The notes under the pieces were generated by a model. The model was not told the origin of the DNA, did not search any database, and saw only the letters and a list, made by a program, of their open reading frames with translations. The position numbers were made by a program, and so were the translations under genes. Below, one piece after another: positions 27,171 to 35,074 of a stretch of DNA of 64,000 nucleotides (position 1 is the first letter of the stretch; the number at the start of each line of letters is the position of its first letter). This stretch comes from Candidatus Parcubacteria bacterium. GTDB lineage: Bacteria; Patescibacteriota; Minisyncoccia; Minisyncoccales; JAGMDC01. The stretch covers positions 72,957 through 136,956 of the forward strand of contig JAGLYZ010000001.1 in NCBI GenBank assembly GCA_023131895.1, written 5' to 3'.

Positions 27171-27241
27171 TGCCGGGTCGGCTAATGGTAGGCCAAATGC
27201 CCCTGGAGCATTGAATCTTGGTTCGAATCCAAGCCCGGCAG
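27171..27241 (+). tRNA. tRNA-Gln-like gene (anticodon position reads CUG) with a non-canonical anticodon loop CCCUGGA
   Basis: Acceptor TGCCGGG/CCCGGCA with U1-A72 and G73. D arm GGCT-AATGGTA-GGCC. Anticodon stem AATGC/GCATT. T arm CTTGG-TTCGAAT-CCAAG. C occupies positions 32 and 33 instead of the usual U33. Confidence 0.6.
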
Positions 27242-27243
27242 CC

Positions 27244-27274
27244 GTCATATGCTAAGTCAGGTGATTGAGCCGCC
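27244..27274 (+). repeat. Conserved tRNA trailer, copy A
   Basis: GTCATATGCTAAGTCAGGTGATTGAGCCGCC. Recurs at 30184, 37271 and, partially, 39040. Confidence 0.7.
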
Positions 27275-27281
27275 TAAAGGT

Positions 27282-27316
27282 CGCCTCCGCCAATTGGCGG
27301 AAAGGCGGTTTTTTTT
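27282..27316 (+). terminator. Intrinsic terminator after the tRNA and trailer
   Basis: CGCCTCCGCC-AATT-GGCGGAAAGGCGG hairpin plus T8. Confidence 0.7.
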
Positions 27317-27321
27317 AACAC

Positions 27322-27348
27322 TTGACGAACACCCTGAGGGGGTATAAT
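27322..27348 (+). promoter_or_regulatory. Promoter with embedded candidate CsoR-family operator
   Basis: TTGACG ... TATAAT. The spacer contains the G/C-tract pseudo-palindrome ACACCC-TGA-GGGGGTAT (27329-27345). Confidence 0.55.
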
Positions 27349-27377
27349 ATGAAATTATACAATTAGAAAATAAATAT

Positions 27378-27626
27378 ATGAGAAAAAACACAATAATCCA
27401 ACGTTTAAACATTGTCAAGGGTCAAATTGACGGATTGGCTAATCTTATAGAGAGAAAGGAGGATTGCCGCAAAATAACAGAGCAATTTTATGCAATCAAT
27501 GTTGGTCTGAAGAAAGTAATTGAAATGTATTTCAAGGACAATCTATCTTCCTGCCTAAAATCCATCAATCTTAAAAAAAGAAAAACTATTGAGTTTTTAT
27601 TAAAAGAAATAATTAAAAATAAATAA
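27378..27626 (+). CDS. CsoR/RcnR/FrmR-family (DUF156) repressor, CstR-like Cys-Asn-Cys variant
   Basis: IQRLNIVKGQIDGLANLIERKEDCRKI...YFKDNLSSC. Cys30, Asn55 and Cys59 have the CsoR C-25-H-4-C spacing, with the His position occupied by Asn. Confidence 0.75.
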   Translation: MRKNTIIQRLNIVKGQIDGLANLIERKEDCRKITEQFYAINVGLKKVIEMYFKDNLSSCLKSINLKKRKTIEFLLKEIIKNK

Positions 27627-27631
27627 TTTTT

Positions 27632-27964
27632 ATGTCAGATTTAATTTTAACTGATAAAAATTTCTCAGAAGAAGTTTTTAAAAGCCAAAAGCCAGTTTTG
27701 GTTGATTTTTGGGCCGAGTGGTGTGTGCCCTGCCAGATGATATCTCCAATTCTTCAAGAAATTGTTGATGAATTTGGAGAAAAAATAAAAATAGGCAAGA
27801 TTGATGTTGATAAAAACCCTTTAATTTCTGCTACTTTCTCAATAGATGCAATACCAGCATTAATTTTATTCAAGAATGGAAAAATAGTCCAAAGATTTAT
27901 CGGAGTTCAACCAAAGGAGATTATTACAGAAGCTGTTGAGTCTGTTATTGAAAAAGAAAGTTAA
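27632..27964 (+). CDS. trxA: Thioredoxin
   Basis: VLVDFWAEWCVPCQMISP active site, 110 aa, thioredoxin fold pattern. Confidence 0.9.
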   Translation: MSDLILTDKNFSEEVFKSQKPVLVDFWAEWCVPCQMISPILQEIVDEFGEKIKIGKIDVDKNPLISATFSIDAIPALILFKNGKIVQRFIGVQPKEIITEAVESVIEKES

Positions 27965-27974
27965 AACCAATTTT

Positions 27975-28784
27975 ATGACTAAAAAAATTGAAAAAATCAC
28001 AATTTTAGCCGGGATAAATAAATTCGGTAAAAAAGAAAATTTTGAAAAAATTGATATAAAAAAGGGAGAAGTAGTGGCGATTGTTGGCCATACTGGAGCA
28101 GGTAAAAGCCAGTTTCTTTATGATATTGAAAGATTGGCCCAAAAAGACACCAAAAGCCGACGAAAAATTTTAGTCAATGATGAAATTCCTGACAAAGAAA
28201 TAAGGTCTAATCCAAAAAGAAAATTAATCGCTTCATTGGCCCAAAGCATGAATTTTTTAACAGATATATCTGTTAAGGATTTTTTACAGTTGCATTTGGA
28301 ATCTCGCGGGAAGAAACCAAGACAGGGATTGCTTGAAGAAGTAATAGAGGAAGCTAATAAAATTACCGGCGAGGCAATTTCTCCTGAAATGAATTTGTTA
28401 AATTTATCCGGCGGGCAAAGCAGAGCCCTAATGGTTTCTGATGTGGCTAATATCAGCATTTCGCCCATTATTTTAATTGATGAGATAGAAAATGCCGGTA
28501 TTAAAAAAGAAGAAGCAATTAAAATTTTAGTAGAGGAGGGCAAAATTATTTTAATTGTTACCCACGACCCTTCTTTGGCATTAAACGCTGATAAAAGAAT
28601 TATTATCAAAGATGGAGGTATTGTTAAAATTCTAAATACTTCTTTAAAGGAAAAAGGTATTGCCTATTACCTTAATTGGATAGAGGGCTATAGCTTAGAT
28701 ATAAGAGAAAAAATAAGAAAAGGTGAAGAAATTAAAAACATAGAAATATACTGCGAACCAATTAAATCTAAGAATAATCTCTAA
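27975..28784 (+). CDS. Stand-alone ABC-type ATPase with no permease partner
   Basis: Walker A GHTGAGKS, signature LSGGQSRAL, Walker B ILIDEIE, H-loop VTHD. ATG 27975 preferred over the longer ORF. Confidence 0.7.
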   Translation: MTKKIEKITILAGINKFGKKENFEKIDIKKGEVVAIVGHTGAGKSQFLYDIERLAQKDTKSRRKILVNDEIPDKEIRSNPKRKLIASLAQSMNFLTDISVKDFLQLHLESRGKKPRQGLLEEVIEEANKITGEAISPEMNLLNLSGGQSRALMVSDVANISISPIILIDEIENAGIKKEEAIKILVEEGKIILIVTHDPSLALNADKRIIIKDGGIVKILNTSLKEKGIAYYLNWIEGYSLDIREKIRKGEEIKNIEIYCEPIKSKNNL

Positions 28785-28791
28785 AAATAAC

Positions 28792-29604
28792 ATGAAATTT
28801 ATAATTTTTGCCGGAACGCCCGGTTCAGGCAAAACAAGCATAATTAAATATATAATTCAAGAATTAAAAGATGATTTCAAATTGTTTTTCGTTAAGTTTG
28901 ATTGTCTGAAGACATCAGACAACGAACATATTGCTAAAAAATATAAAATTCCTGCCATTAAAAAATTAGCTGGAGAACTTTGCCCAGACCATTATACCGC
29001 TCTGGAAATTCCCAAGATAATTAAAGAGAACCAGGATAAAAATATTATTATTTTAGAAACTGCGGGCCTGTGTCTTCGTTGTTCTCCTTATATTAAAGAA
29101 GGGCTGGGGATCAATATCTTGGATATTACTTCGGGAGATCCTTTTCGCTACGGTCCGATTTTAACCGATGCGGATGTTGTGGCTGTTAGCAAAGGCGATT
29201 TAATTTCCCAAGCGGAAAGAGAAATTTTTAGAGCAAAGATTTTAAAGGTTAACCCTAAAGCAAAAATAGTGGAAGCTAACGGGCTTACCGGAGAAGGAGC
29301 CATTGATATCGTAGAATATATAAAAGCATCATCTTATATTGAAAAAGATAAAAAATTAACACTAAAACATTCTATGCCTTCGGCAATCTGTGGTTATTGT
29401 TATGGAAATAAAATAATTGATGAAAAAGAAACACAAAAAAGATATTTAGCCGGCAAGGAATTGAAAAATTTAGTTCCTAATTTAAATTGCGGAAAATGCG
29501 GATTCAAATCTTGCAATGAGTTTATCAGGGCGGTTTTAGACGGAAATGCAAAAAATGAACAGTGTCCATTTATTAAAAAAAAGGTTGTTGATAAAAAAGT
29601 ATGA
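28792..29604 (+). CDS. G3E-family (HypB/UreG/CobW-like) P-loop GTPase fused to a C-terminal RnfB-type Fe-S cluster domain
   Basis: GTPGSGKTS P-loop, ILETAG, SKGDL. C-terminal CGKCGFKSCNEFIRAVLDGNAKNEQCP matches the C-x2-C-x4-C...CP putative Fe-S domain. Confidence 0.65.
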   Translation: MKFIIFAGTPGSGKTSIIKYIIQELKDDFKLFFVKFDCLKTSDNEHIAKKYKIPAIKKLAGELCPDHYTALEIPKIIKENQDKNIIILETAGLCLRCSPYIKEGLGINILDITSGDPFRYGPILTDADVVAVSKGDLISQAEREIFRAKILKVNPKAKIVEANGLTGEGAIDIVEYIKASSYIEKDKKLTLKHSMPSAICGYCYGNKIIDEKETQKRYLAGKELKNLVPNLNCGKCGFKSCNEFIRAVLDGNAKNEQCPFIKKKVVDKKV

Positions 29605-29876
29605 TAGAGAAAAAACAAAAATTTGAACAATTGCTTGAAGAATATGAAAATTACGCAGAAAAAAACGGTTTTCGTTTAAATCCAGATCGAAAAGTAGTAA
29701 GTTATTTGATTAAAACGTTGCTGGAACGAGAAAGAAAATATGGCAGGAGGTATTGTCCGTGCCGTCGAATTAAGGAAAGCGAAAAAGAAAATAGCAAAAT
29801 TGTTTGTCCTTGCCTTTATTGTAAAAAAGAAATTAAAAAAGACGGACACTGTCATTGCTTTTTATTCGTAAAATAA
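29601..29876 (+). CDS. Ferredoxin:thioredoxin reductase catalytic-subunit-like protein
   Basis: CPCR...CPC...CHC cysteine pattern (YCPCRRIKESEKENSKIVCPCLYCKKEIKKDGHCHCFLF). Confidence 0.8.
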   Translation: MIEKKQKFEQLLEEYENYAEKNGFRLNPDRKVVSYLIKTLLERERKYGRRYCPCRRIKESEKENSKIVCPCLYCKKEIKKDGHCHCFLFVK

Positions 29877-29889
29877 TCTTAATAAAAAT

Positions 29890-30069
29890 ATGAGCAAATT
29901 TAAAATTAATAAATCAAAATGCGCTGGATGTGGAGCTTGCGTTGAAGTTTGTCCTTACGGGGCAATTAAAATTGGGGAAGATGGCAAAGCGGTCATAGAT
30001 GAAAAAAAATGTCAAAATTGTAGCAAATGCAAAGAAATTTGTCCTTTTAACGCTATAATTAAAAAATGA
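29890..30069 (+). CDS. 2x[4Fe-4S] ferredoxin (59 aa, below the ORF-track cutoff)
   Basis: My translation is MSKFKINKSKCAGCGACVEVCPYGAIKIGEDGKAVIDEKKCQNCSKCKEICPFNAIIKK, with two CxxCxxCxxxCP motifs. Confidence 0.85.
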   Translation: MSKFKINKSKCAGCGACVEVCPYGAIKIGEDGKAVIDEKKCQNCSKCKEICPFNAIIKK

Positions 30070-30140
30070 ACTGGTAATTTCAATTTCGATTAAAGGATAT
30101 TAGATTTTTGTTAGACGGGTTCGAACAAACTCTATCATAT

Positions 30141-30214
30141 GGAGCAGGCTAGTGAGGCGTTCGGAAGACCGAGGGGACTAGCTGTCATATACTAAGTCAG
30201 ATGACAGAGCCGCC
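30141..30214 (+). repeat. Degraded tRNA-3'-half-like segment plus conserved trailer, copy B
   Basis: ...GTTCGGAAGACCGAGGGGACTAGCT then GTCATATACTAAGTCAGATGACAGAGCCGCC. CTGTCAT/ATGACAG forms a 7-bp hairpin. Confidence 0.6.
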
Positions 30215-30267
30215 CAGCACTGGGTCATTTTTATCTATCGCCAAAGAGGCGATTTTTTGGTTTGGTC

Positions 30268-30295
30268 TTGACTTTTTTGTTTTTAAAATTAGTAT
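30268..30295 (+). promoter_or_regulatory. Promoter of DUF502 cassette 1
   Basis: TTGACT, 16 nt, TAGTAT. Near-identical copy at 37385-37412. Confidence 0.55.
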
Positions 30296-30335
30296 TAAAA
30301 ATACAGCACATAATATATGAAAAAGAGGTGAGAGG

Positions 30336-30857
30336 ATGAAAAAAAGAATAGGAAAATTTGTTTTTGGGGCTTTAAGGACAGGTATTCTATTATTCATCGG
30401 GATAGGAATACTTGGTTTGGTGATAGATTCAATACTAAAGGGAAACAGTTTTTTTTTAGGTCTGATTCCAGGATTGCAGAATCAACCAATACTTGTCAAA
30501 GCAGGTCTTGGGCTTCTGTTCTTAATAGTCATAGGAGCAGTCATAAACTCCTTGATGAGCAAAGGAAAGCAACACTGAATTTTGACAAGATTGACTTCAG
30601 TAGGACATCTTTCAGAAAACCTATTGAATGCTCAGGTAGTAGGGATTGAGGTATTTCCTGGAAAATATCTTTTGGGCTTTACTAATAACGAAGTGATTTC
30701 CAACCCTAAAGTTAATCTTGTTCCAGTGATGGTCCCGAACACACCTGTTCCCTTTACCGGATTTACCTTTTTGGTAGAGAAAGAGTCCCTGAAAGAAATT
30801 GATATGAAGCCCTATGAAGCATTTGCTGTATTGGCAAGCGGAGGATTTTTAAGATAA
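30336..30857 (+). pseudogene. DUF502-family membrane protein interrupted by a single in-frame TGA (30576-30578)
   Basis: The ORFs at 30336-30578 and 30582-30857 are in the same frame. Together they give the DUF502 architecture (IPGLQNQP..., VPNTPVPFTGFTFLVEKESLKEIDM, LASGGF). Confidence 0.6.
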
Positions 30858-30868
30858 CATTTAAGAGA

Positions 30869-30899
30869 AGCTTAGAATAAAATTCTAAGCTTATTTTTT
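30869..30899 (+). terminator. Terminator of DUF502 cassette 1
   Basis: AAGCTTAGAAT-AAA-ATTCTAAGCTT plus a T-run. A paralogous copy lies at 38055-38092. Confidence 0.7.
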
Positions 30900-30928
30900 A
30901 TTTAAAATTATCGCCAATTGGGCTTGGC

Positions 30929-30982
30929 TTGACAGATATCTCTTTGTTTTGATATACTAAAATAACTTACCACTCGGTAAGT
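30929..30982 (+). promoter_or_regulatory. tetR-operon promoter plus palindromic operator
   Basis: TTGACA (30929-30934), 18 nt, TATACT. Inverted repeat ACTTACC-N4-GGTAAGT at 30965-30982. Confidence 0.55.
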
Positions 30983-31006
30983 AAATCTTAAACTGACTAT
31001 AAAATT

Positions 31007-31606
31007 ATGGCTATTGAAAAACAACAAGAAGATATTATTCAAGGCACCAAAAAACACATTATTGAAGTCGCTGGTAGACTTTTTTCAGAATATAGCTATT
31101 TAGGCGTTTCCATGAGTGATATCGCTAAAAAACTTAATATTACTAAAGCCGCGCTTTATTATCATTTCACAGGCAAGACAGAAGTTTACATGAAAGTGCT
31201 TGATGAAGTTTTTGGCAATTTAAGTTTGTCGCTTGGAGAAGCGTTTAACGAGAGGACAATTAACAAAAAGTTGCATAAGCTTATTAAGAATTATTTAGAT
31301 TTTGGTTTTAAAGAGAAAAATCTTATTAAATCTTTAATGTTGAAAATATCGCCAGCTGATCCCCAGATAGGAAAACACATTATTCAATTAAGAGAACAAA
31401 CTATTAACTTAATTCAACCAGTAATTAAAGAAATGATTGCAAACAAAAAATTAATACAAAAAGTTGATAGCAAATTATTGACTTCTCTGCTTACTGGAAT
31501 GATGGATGGATTACTTTTAGAATACTCATTTTTAGATAAAAAAATTGATTCAGAAAAAGTGTCAAATCAAATTATCGCAGTGTTATTTCAAAATGTCGAT
31601 GAATAA
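31007..31606 (+). CDS. TetR/AcrR-family transcriptional regulator
   Basis: N-terminal HTH FSEYSYLGVSMSDIAKKLNITKAALYYHF. Confidence 0.88.
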   Translation: MAIEKQQEDIIQGTKKHIIEVAGRLFSEYSYLGVSMSDIAKKLNITKAALYYHFTGKTEVYMKVLDEVFGNLSLSLGEAFNERTINKKLHKLIKNYLDFGFKEKNLIKSLMLKISPADPQIGKHIIQLREQTINLIQPVIKEMIANKKLIQKVDSKLLTSLLTGMMDGLLLEYSFLDKKIDSEKVSNQIIAVLFQNVDE

Positions 31607-31628
31607 CAATATAGGATTTTATTAAGTT

Positions 31629-31739
31629 ATGGAATTATTAACTATTACAAACCTTCATCCTCTTGCATTCATTGTATGGACAGCAATGGGAGTAGCTTTA
31701 GTATATTACTGGCTGTCCAGTTTTGGTCTATTTAAGTAA
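31629..31739 (+). CDS. Possible 36-aa hydrophobic peptide between tetR and the GT2 gene
   Basis: MELLTITNLHPLAFIVWTAMGVALVYYWLSSFGLFK. The stop lies 1 nt before the GT2 ATG. Confidence 0.25.
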   Translation: MELLTITNLHPLAFIVWTAMGVALVYYWLSSFGLFK

Positions 31740-31740
31740 A

Positions 31741-32520
31741 ATGTTAAGCATTATTATACCTACCTTAAATGAAGAGGAGTATCTTCCTTTTCTTTTAGGT
31801 TCAATTAAAAAACAGACCTTTCAAGATTATGAGATTATTGTTGCTAATGCAAATTCCAGAGACAAAACCAAACAGATAGCAAAAGAGCAGGGATGTCTAT
31901 TAGTGCAAGGAGGTTTGCCTTCTGTTGGTCGAAATAGAGGAGCTGAGGCTGCTGATGGAGACCTGCTTTTATTTTTAGACGCCGATGTTATTTTACCACC
32001 CAACTTTTTAAAAGAGATTTTAAGAGAATTTAAAACAAGTCAACTTGATATTGCTTCCTGCTTTGTTTCGCCTTTGAGTGATAAAGGAATTGATAATATA
32101 CTTTATGGTTTTGGCAATCTGTATTACGCAATGAGTCAGCATATTGAACCTCAAGCTCCAGGTTATTGCATTTTGATTAAAAAAAAGATACATCAAATAA
32201 TAAATGGTTTTGATGAGAAAATAAAAATAGCCGAAGATTGGGATTATATCAGCAGAGCAAGCAAAGAAGGTAAATTCAGATTTCTTTCTAATGGTAAAAT
32301 TTTTGTGTCTATGAGAAGATTTGAAAGAGACGGAAGGATTAATGTCGCTTTTCAACGAGTAATAGGAACAATATATGTCTTTTTATTTGGAGGAATTAAA
32401 TCCGATGTCCTATTTAAATATTATCGCTTCGGAGATTATCCTGAGAGAGCGCTAAAACCAATTGTTAACTGTTATACAAAGTTTTTTAATCAAGTTAGCG
32501 ATAAATGGTTTAAGGATTAA
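31741..32520 (+). CDS. Family 2 glycosyltransferase
   Basis: LSIIIPTLNEEEYL and LLLFLDADVIL (DxD). ATG 31741 preferred over TTG 31723. Confidence 0.85.
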   Translation: MLSIIIPTLNEEEYLPFLLGSIKKQTFQDYEIIVANANSRDKTKQIAKEQGCLLVQGGLPSVGRNRGAEAADGDLLLFLDADVILPPNFLKEILREFKTSQLDIASCFVSPLSDKGIDNILYGFGNLYYAMSQHIEPQAPGYCILIKKKIHQIINGFDEKIKIAEDWDYISRASKEGKFRFLSNGKIFVSMRRFERDGRINVAFQRVIGTIYVFLFGGIKSDVLFKYYRFGDYPERALKPIVNCYTKFFNQVSDKWFKD

Positions 32521-32522
32521 TT

Positions 32523-33356
32523 ATGGATAAGACAGTATTTAGGCAATCAAAAGGGTATTTCCAAATGTTGAGAATTAAAGATTGGATAAAATCAACCTTT
32601 TGGATTCCGCTTATTGGAGCGGTTTTAGTCCACACTTCTTTGCAAAGTTTTTTTCTTATCGCTATAATTTATTTTTGCGCCACTGCTTATAGTTTTGTTA
32701 TAAATAATTATTTTGATATAGAAATTGACAAAAAACATAAAGAGAAAATTAAAGCAAATACAAATCCGTTGGCTCAAGGCATTATATCTAGAAAAGGCAC
32801 TCTGATGCTTTTAGGAATTTTATTGTTCATTCCTCTTATTTTAGCTATTCGGATGAGTTTTATCGGATTTATTCTTGTATTATTAAGCATTTTTGCCTCT
32901 ACTCTTTATTCTGCGAAACATATTCGGCTTAAAGAAAAACCTGGTTTAGATATAATTATTTCTGGACTTATGTTTGGATTTTTTCCTTTTTTAGCTGGAG
33001 CGACTTTAGCTGGAGGAGGTCTTAATTTTCCTATAATCTTAGTTGGAATTTTGTTTACAATATTAAGCAGCACAGGTCTTTTAGCTCATCAGGCAGTTGA
33101 TTATGAGCAGGATTTAGGAAACACAAAAACTTTTGCCATAAAAATCGGTCTAAAGATGAGTTGTATCTGCTTAATTTTATTTATCGTAGCCTCTTTATTG
33201 TGTTTTGAGTTTATATGCCAATTTTTTACTATTGAGTGGTGGCTTCATTATTCTATACTTATGTTTTTAGCATTTTGCTTTCCTCTTCGCTATATTAAAG
33301 AAATTAAAAATATAATTAAAATATGTTTTTTAAGAGAATCCCCAAATTTGTTTTAG
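32523..33356 (+). CDS. UbiA-family prenyltransferase / polyprenyl-phosphate transferase
   Basis: NNYFDIEIDKKHK (NxxxDxxxD) and a second Asp-rich region HQAVDYEQD. About 8 TM segments. Confidence 0.8.
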   Translation: MDKTVFRQSKGYFQMLRIKDWIKSTFWIPLIGAVLVHTSLQSFFLIAIIYFCATAYSFVINNYFDIEIDKKHKEKIKANTNPLAQGIISRKGTLMLLGILLFIPLILAIRMSFIGFILVLLSIFASTLYSAKHIRLKEKPGLDIIISGLMFGFFPFLAGATLAGGGLNFPIILVGILFTILSSTGLLAHQAVDYEQDLGNTKTFAIKIGLKMSCICLILFIVASLLCFEFICQFFTIEWWLHYSILMFLAFCFPLRYIKEIKNIIKICFLRESPNLF

Positions 33357-34030
33357 AATGTCTGCCAGTTATTTTATTAACTGGAATATACATAAATTTT
33401 GCCAGGCTGGTTGAATTTTTTAAAAGACCCGATTACGATTGGCTTTTAGCTTCTATTGATCGGTTTTTATTTTTTGGGGAACAGCCAAGCTTTCTTTTAG
33501 AAAGATTTATTTCACCTTTTTTAACCGAATATATGAATTTCAGTTATGGATTTTATATTTTTTTATTTCCCATTATCTTAGGGCTATTTTATTTCCAAAG
33601 AAAATATCAGGCGTTTTACTCTTTAAGAAGAGCTTTAATTATAGCCATAATGATTAGTTTTGCCTTTTATTTAGCAGTTCCTGCAGTTGGTCCATATATT
33701 ATTTTTAAGGATTTTTATTCAATTGAATTACAAGGCGGATACATTACTAAAGCCACTCAGAAATTATTAGATTTGTTTCTCTATAATAGAGGTGAATTTC
33801 CCAGCTTGCATGTTGCCCTCAGCGCAATTATTTTATTTTTTAGCTATAAATATTCCCGCAAGTTATTTATTTTTTATTTACCTTTGATACCAAGTCTTTG
33901 GTTTGCCACAATCTATCTTAGGTTTCATTATTTCGTTGATATAATAGCTGGATTTCTTTTAGCTTTTTTTGCTATCTGGTTAAGTTTAAAAATTCAAAAT
34001 AATGATAAACTCAAAAAAAGATGGACATAA
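33323..34030 (+). CDS. PAP2-superfamily membrane phosphatase/phosphotransferase
   Basis: FPSLHVALS and RFHYFVDIIAG motifs (PAP2 C2/C3-like). Polytopic. Confidence 0.65.
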   Translation: MFFKRIPKFVLECLPVILLTGIYINFARLVEFFKRPDYDWLLASIDRFLFFGEQPSFLLERFISPFLTEYMNFSYGFYIFLFPIILGLFYFQRKYQAFYSLRRALIIAIMISFAFYLAVPAVGPYIIFKDFYSIELQGGYITKATQKLLDLFLYNRGEFPSLHVALSAIILFFSYKYSRKLFIFYLPLIPSLWFATIYLRFHYFVDIIAGFLLAFFAIWLSLKIQNNDKLKKRWT

Positions 34031-35058
34031 ATTTTTATCTTATTTTTGAAATTTTATGCGTAGCAGCCTTTCTGCTTATTTTTTTAAGGGCTATTTATCA
34101 AAGAAATAGAGGAACTATTTTTGAACTATTAGCTGCTTTTGCTTTTGGTTTACTTTTAGAGATAATTAATATTTATTTTTTTCACGCTTACTATTACAGT
34201 GATCAATTTTTATTGAGAATTTTTGATGTGCCTATAGCAGTTGGTCTTGGCTGGGCAGTGATTATTTACAGTGCCATGCTTTTGTCAGACCAATATAGGG
34301 TTTCTTGGACAATTAAACCTATTTTTGATGCCTTTACTGCTTTAGTTTTGGATTTGTCTATGGATGCAGTGGCTATTCGGCTACATTTTTGGCATTGGCA
34401 AATTCCTCTTGATCAGGAATGGTATGGTGTCCCTTTTGAGAATTTATTTGGCTGGATCGTTGTTGTTTTTAGTTTTTCTTTTATTATTCGTTTTATCCGC
34501 ACACTCAATCCTAAAAGATTTTTAACTAAAATACTCCAATGCTTTAGTCCTTTAATTACTTACGGTCTTTTTTATCTTGGATTAAATCTTTTTTTGATAT
34601 TAGCCATTGCTCCTTTCCAGATTAATTATTTAGGTGATTGGTCTCACCTTTTTAATCTGTGCTTTAAACACGATATTGCCATTATTTATCATCCCCAAGT
34701 GCAGTTTTGGAAAATGGTTATTTTAATTATCATTATTATAGAGATGGTTAATATTATGGCTTATAAAGTGTTGAAATCCAAAAATATTATTCAATGGCAC
34801 TTTGATGTTCTATCCTTCAGTATTTTAACAGCCATGCATTTATTATTTATGATTAGTTTGGTGATAACTAATATTTATCAAACCTTGCCATTTTTGCTTT
34901 TTATAGCAATTTTTATGTTTTTAGTTCATTTGGCCTTGCACTTTGCGCCATTATTTTTACAAAAAGAAAAACATATCTATTTTTTTAGAAAAATCTCGCC
35001 TCAAATTATTAAGACTAAAAAGCAAATAGAAACTATTATTGAATCTAAGCTAAAATAA
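34021..35058 (+). CDS. DUF422 / carotenoid-biosynthesis-protein-family membrane protein
   Basis: LLLEIINIYF, PIAVGLGWAVIIY, LDLSMDAVAIRLHFWHW and YGVPFENLFGWIVV resemble the PF04240-type pattern, recalled from memory. Confidence 0.5.
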   Translation: MDINFYLIFEILCVAAFLLIFLRAIYQRNRGTIFELLAAFAFGLLLEIINIYFFHAYYYSDQFLLRIFDVPIAVGLGWAVIIYSAMLLSDQYRVSWTIKPIFDAFTALVLDLSMDAVAIRLHFWHWQIPLDQEWYGVPFENLFGWIVVVFSFSFIIRFIRTLNPKRFLTKILQCFSPLITYGLFYLGLNLFLILAIAPFQINYLGDWSHLFNLCFKHDIAIIYHPQVQFWKMVILIIIIIEMVNIMAYKVLKSKNIIQWHFDVLSFSILTAMHLLFMISLVITNIYQTLPFLLFIAIFMFLVHLALHFAPLFLQKEKHIYFFRKISPQIIKTKKQIETIIESKLK

Positions 35059-35074
35059 TTTAAGAATTAGAAAA

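Noticed and set aside
27244-27274. Conserved trailer as a small self-cleaving ribozyme (hammerhead or twister)
   Set aside because: I could not find the hammerhead CUGANGA/GAAA core or other ribozyme cores that I can recall. The only consistent structure is a simple 5-7 bp hairpin.
30576-30578. In-frame TGA in the DUF502 gene as evidence for an alternative genetic code (UGA = Gly or Trp, as in Gracilibacteria/SR1 or Mycoplasma)
   Set aside because: Many well-conserved genes here terminate at TGA at the expected length (the VirD4-like gene, eno, xth, the thioredoxin-fold gene at 55665-56423). An RF2 gene with the UGA-dependent autoregulatory frameshift is also present. UGA is therefore a normal stop.
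30576-30640. Selenocysteine insertion at the DUF502 TGA
   Set aside because: No convincing SECIS-like hairpin follows the TGA. DUF502 is not a known selenoprotein family. The nearby atypical tRNA has neither a UCA anticodon nor a long variable arm.
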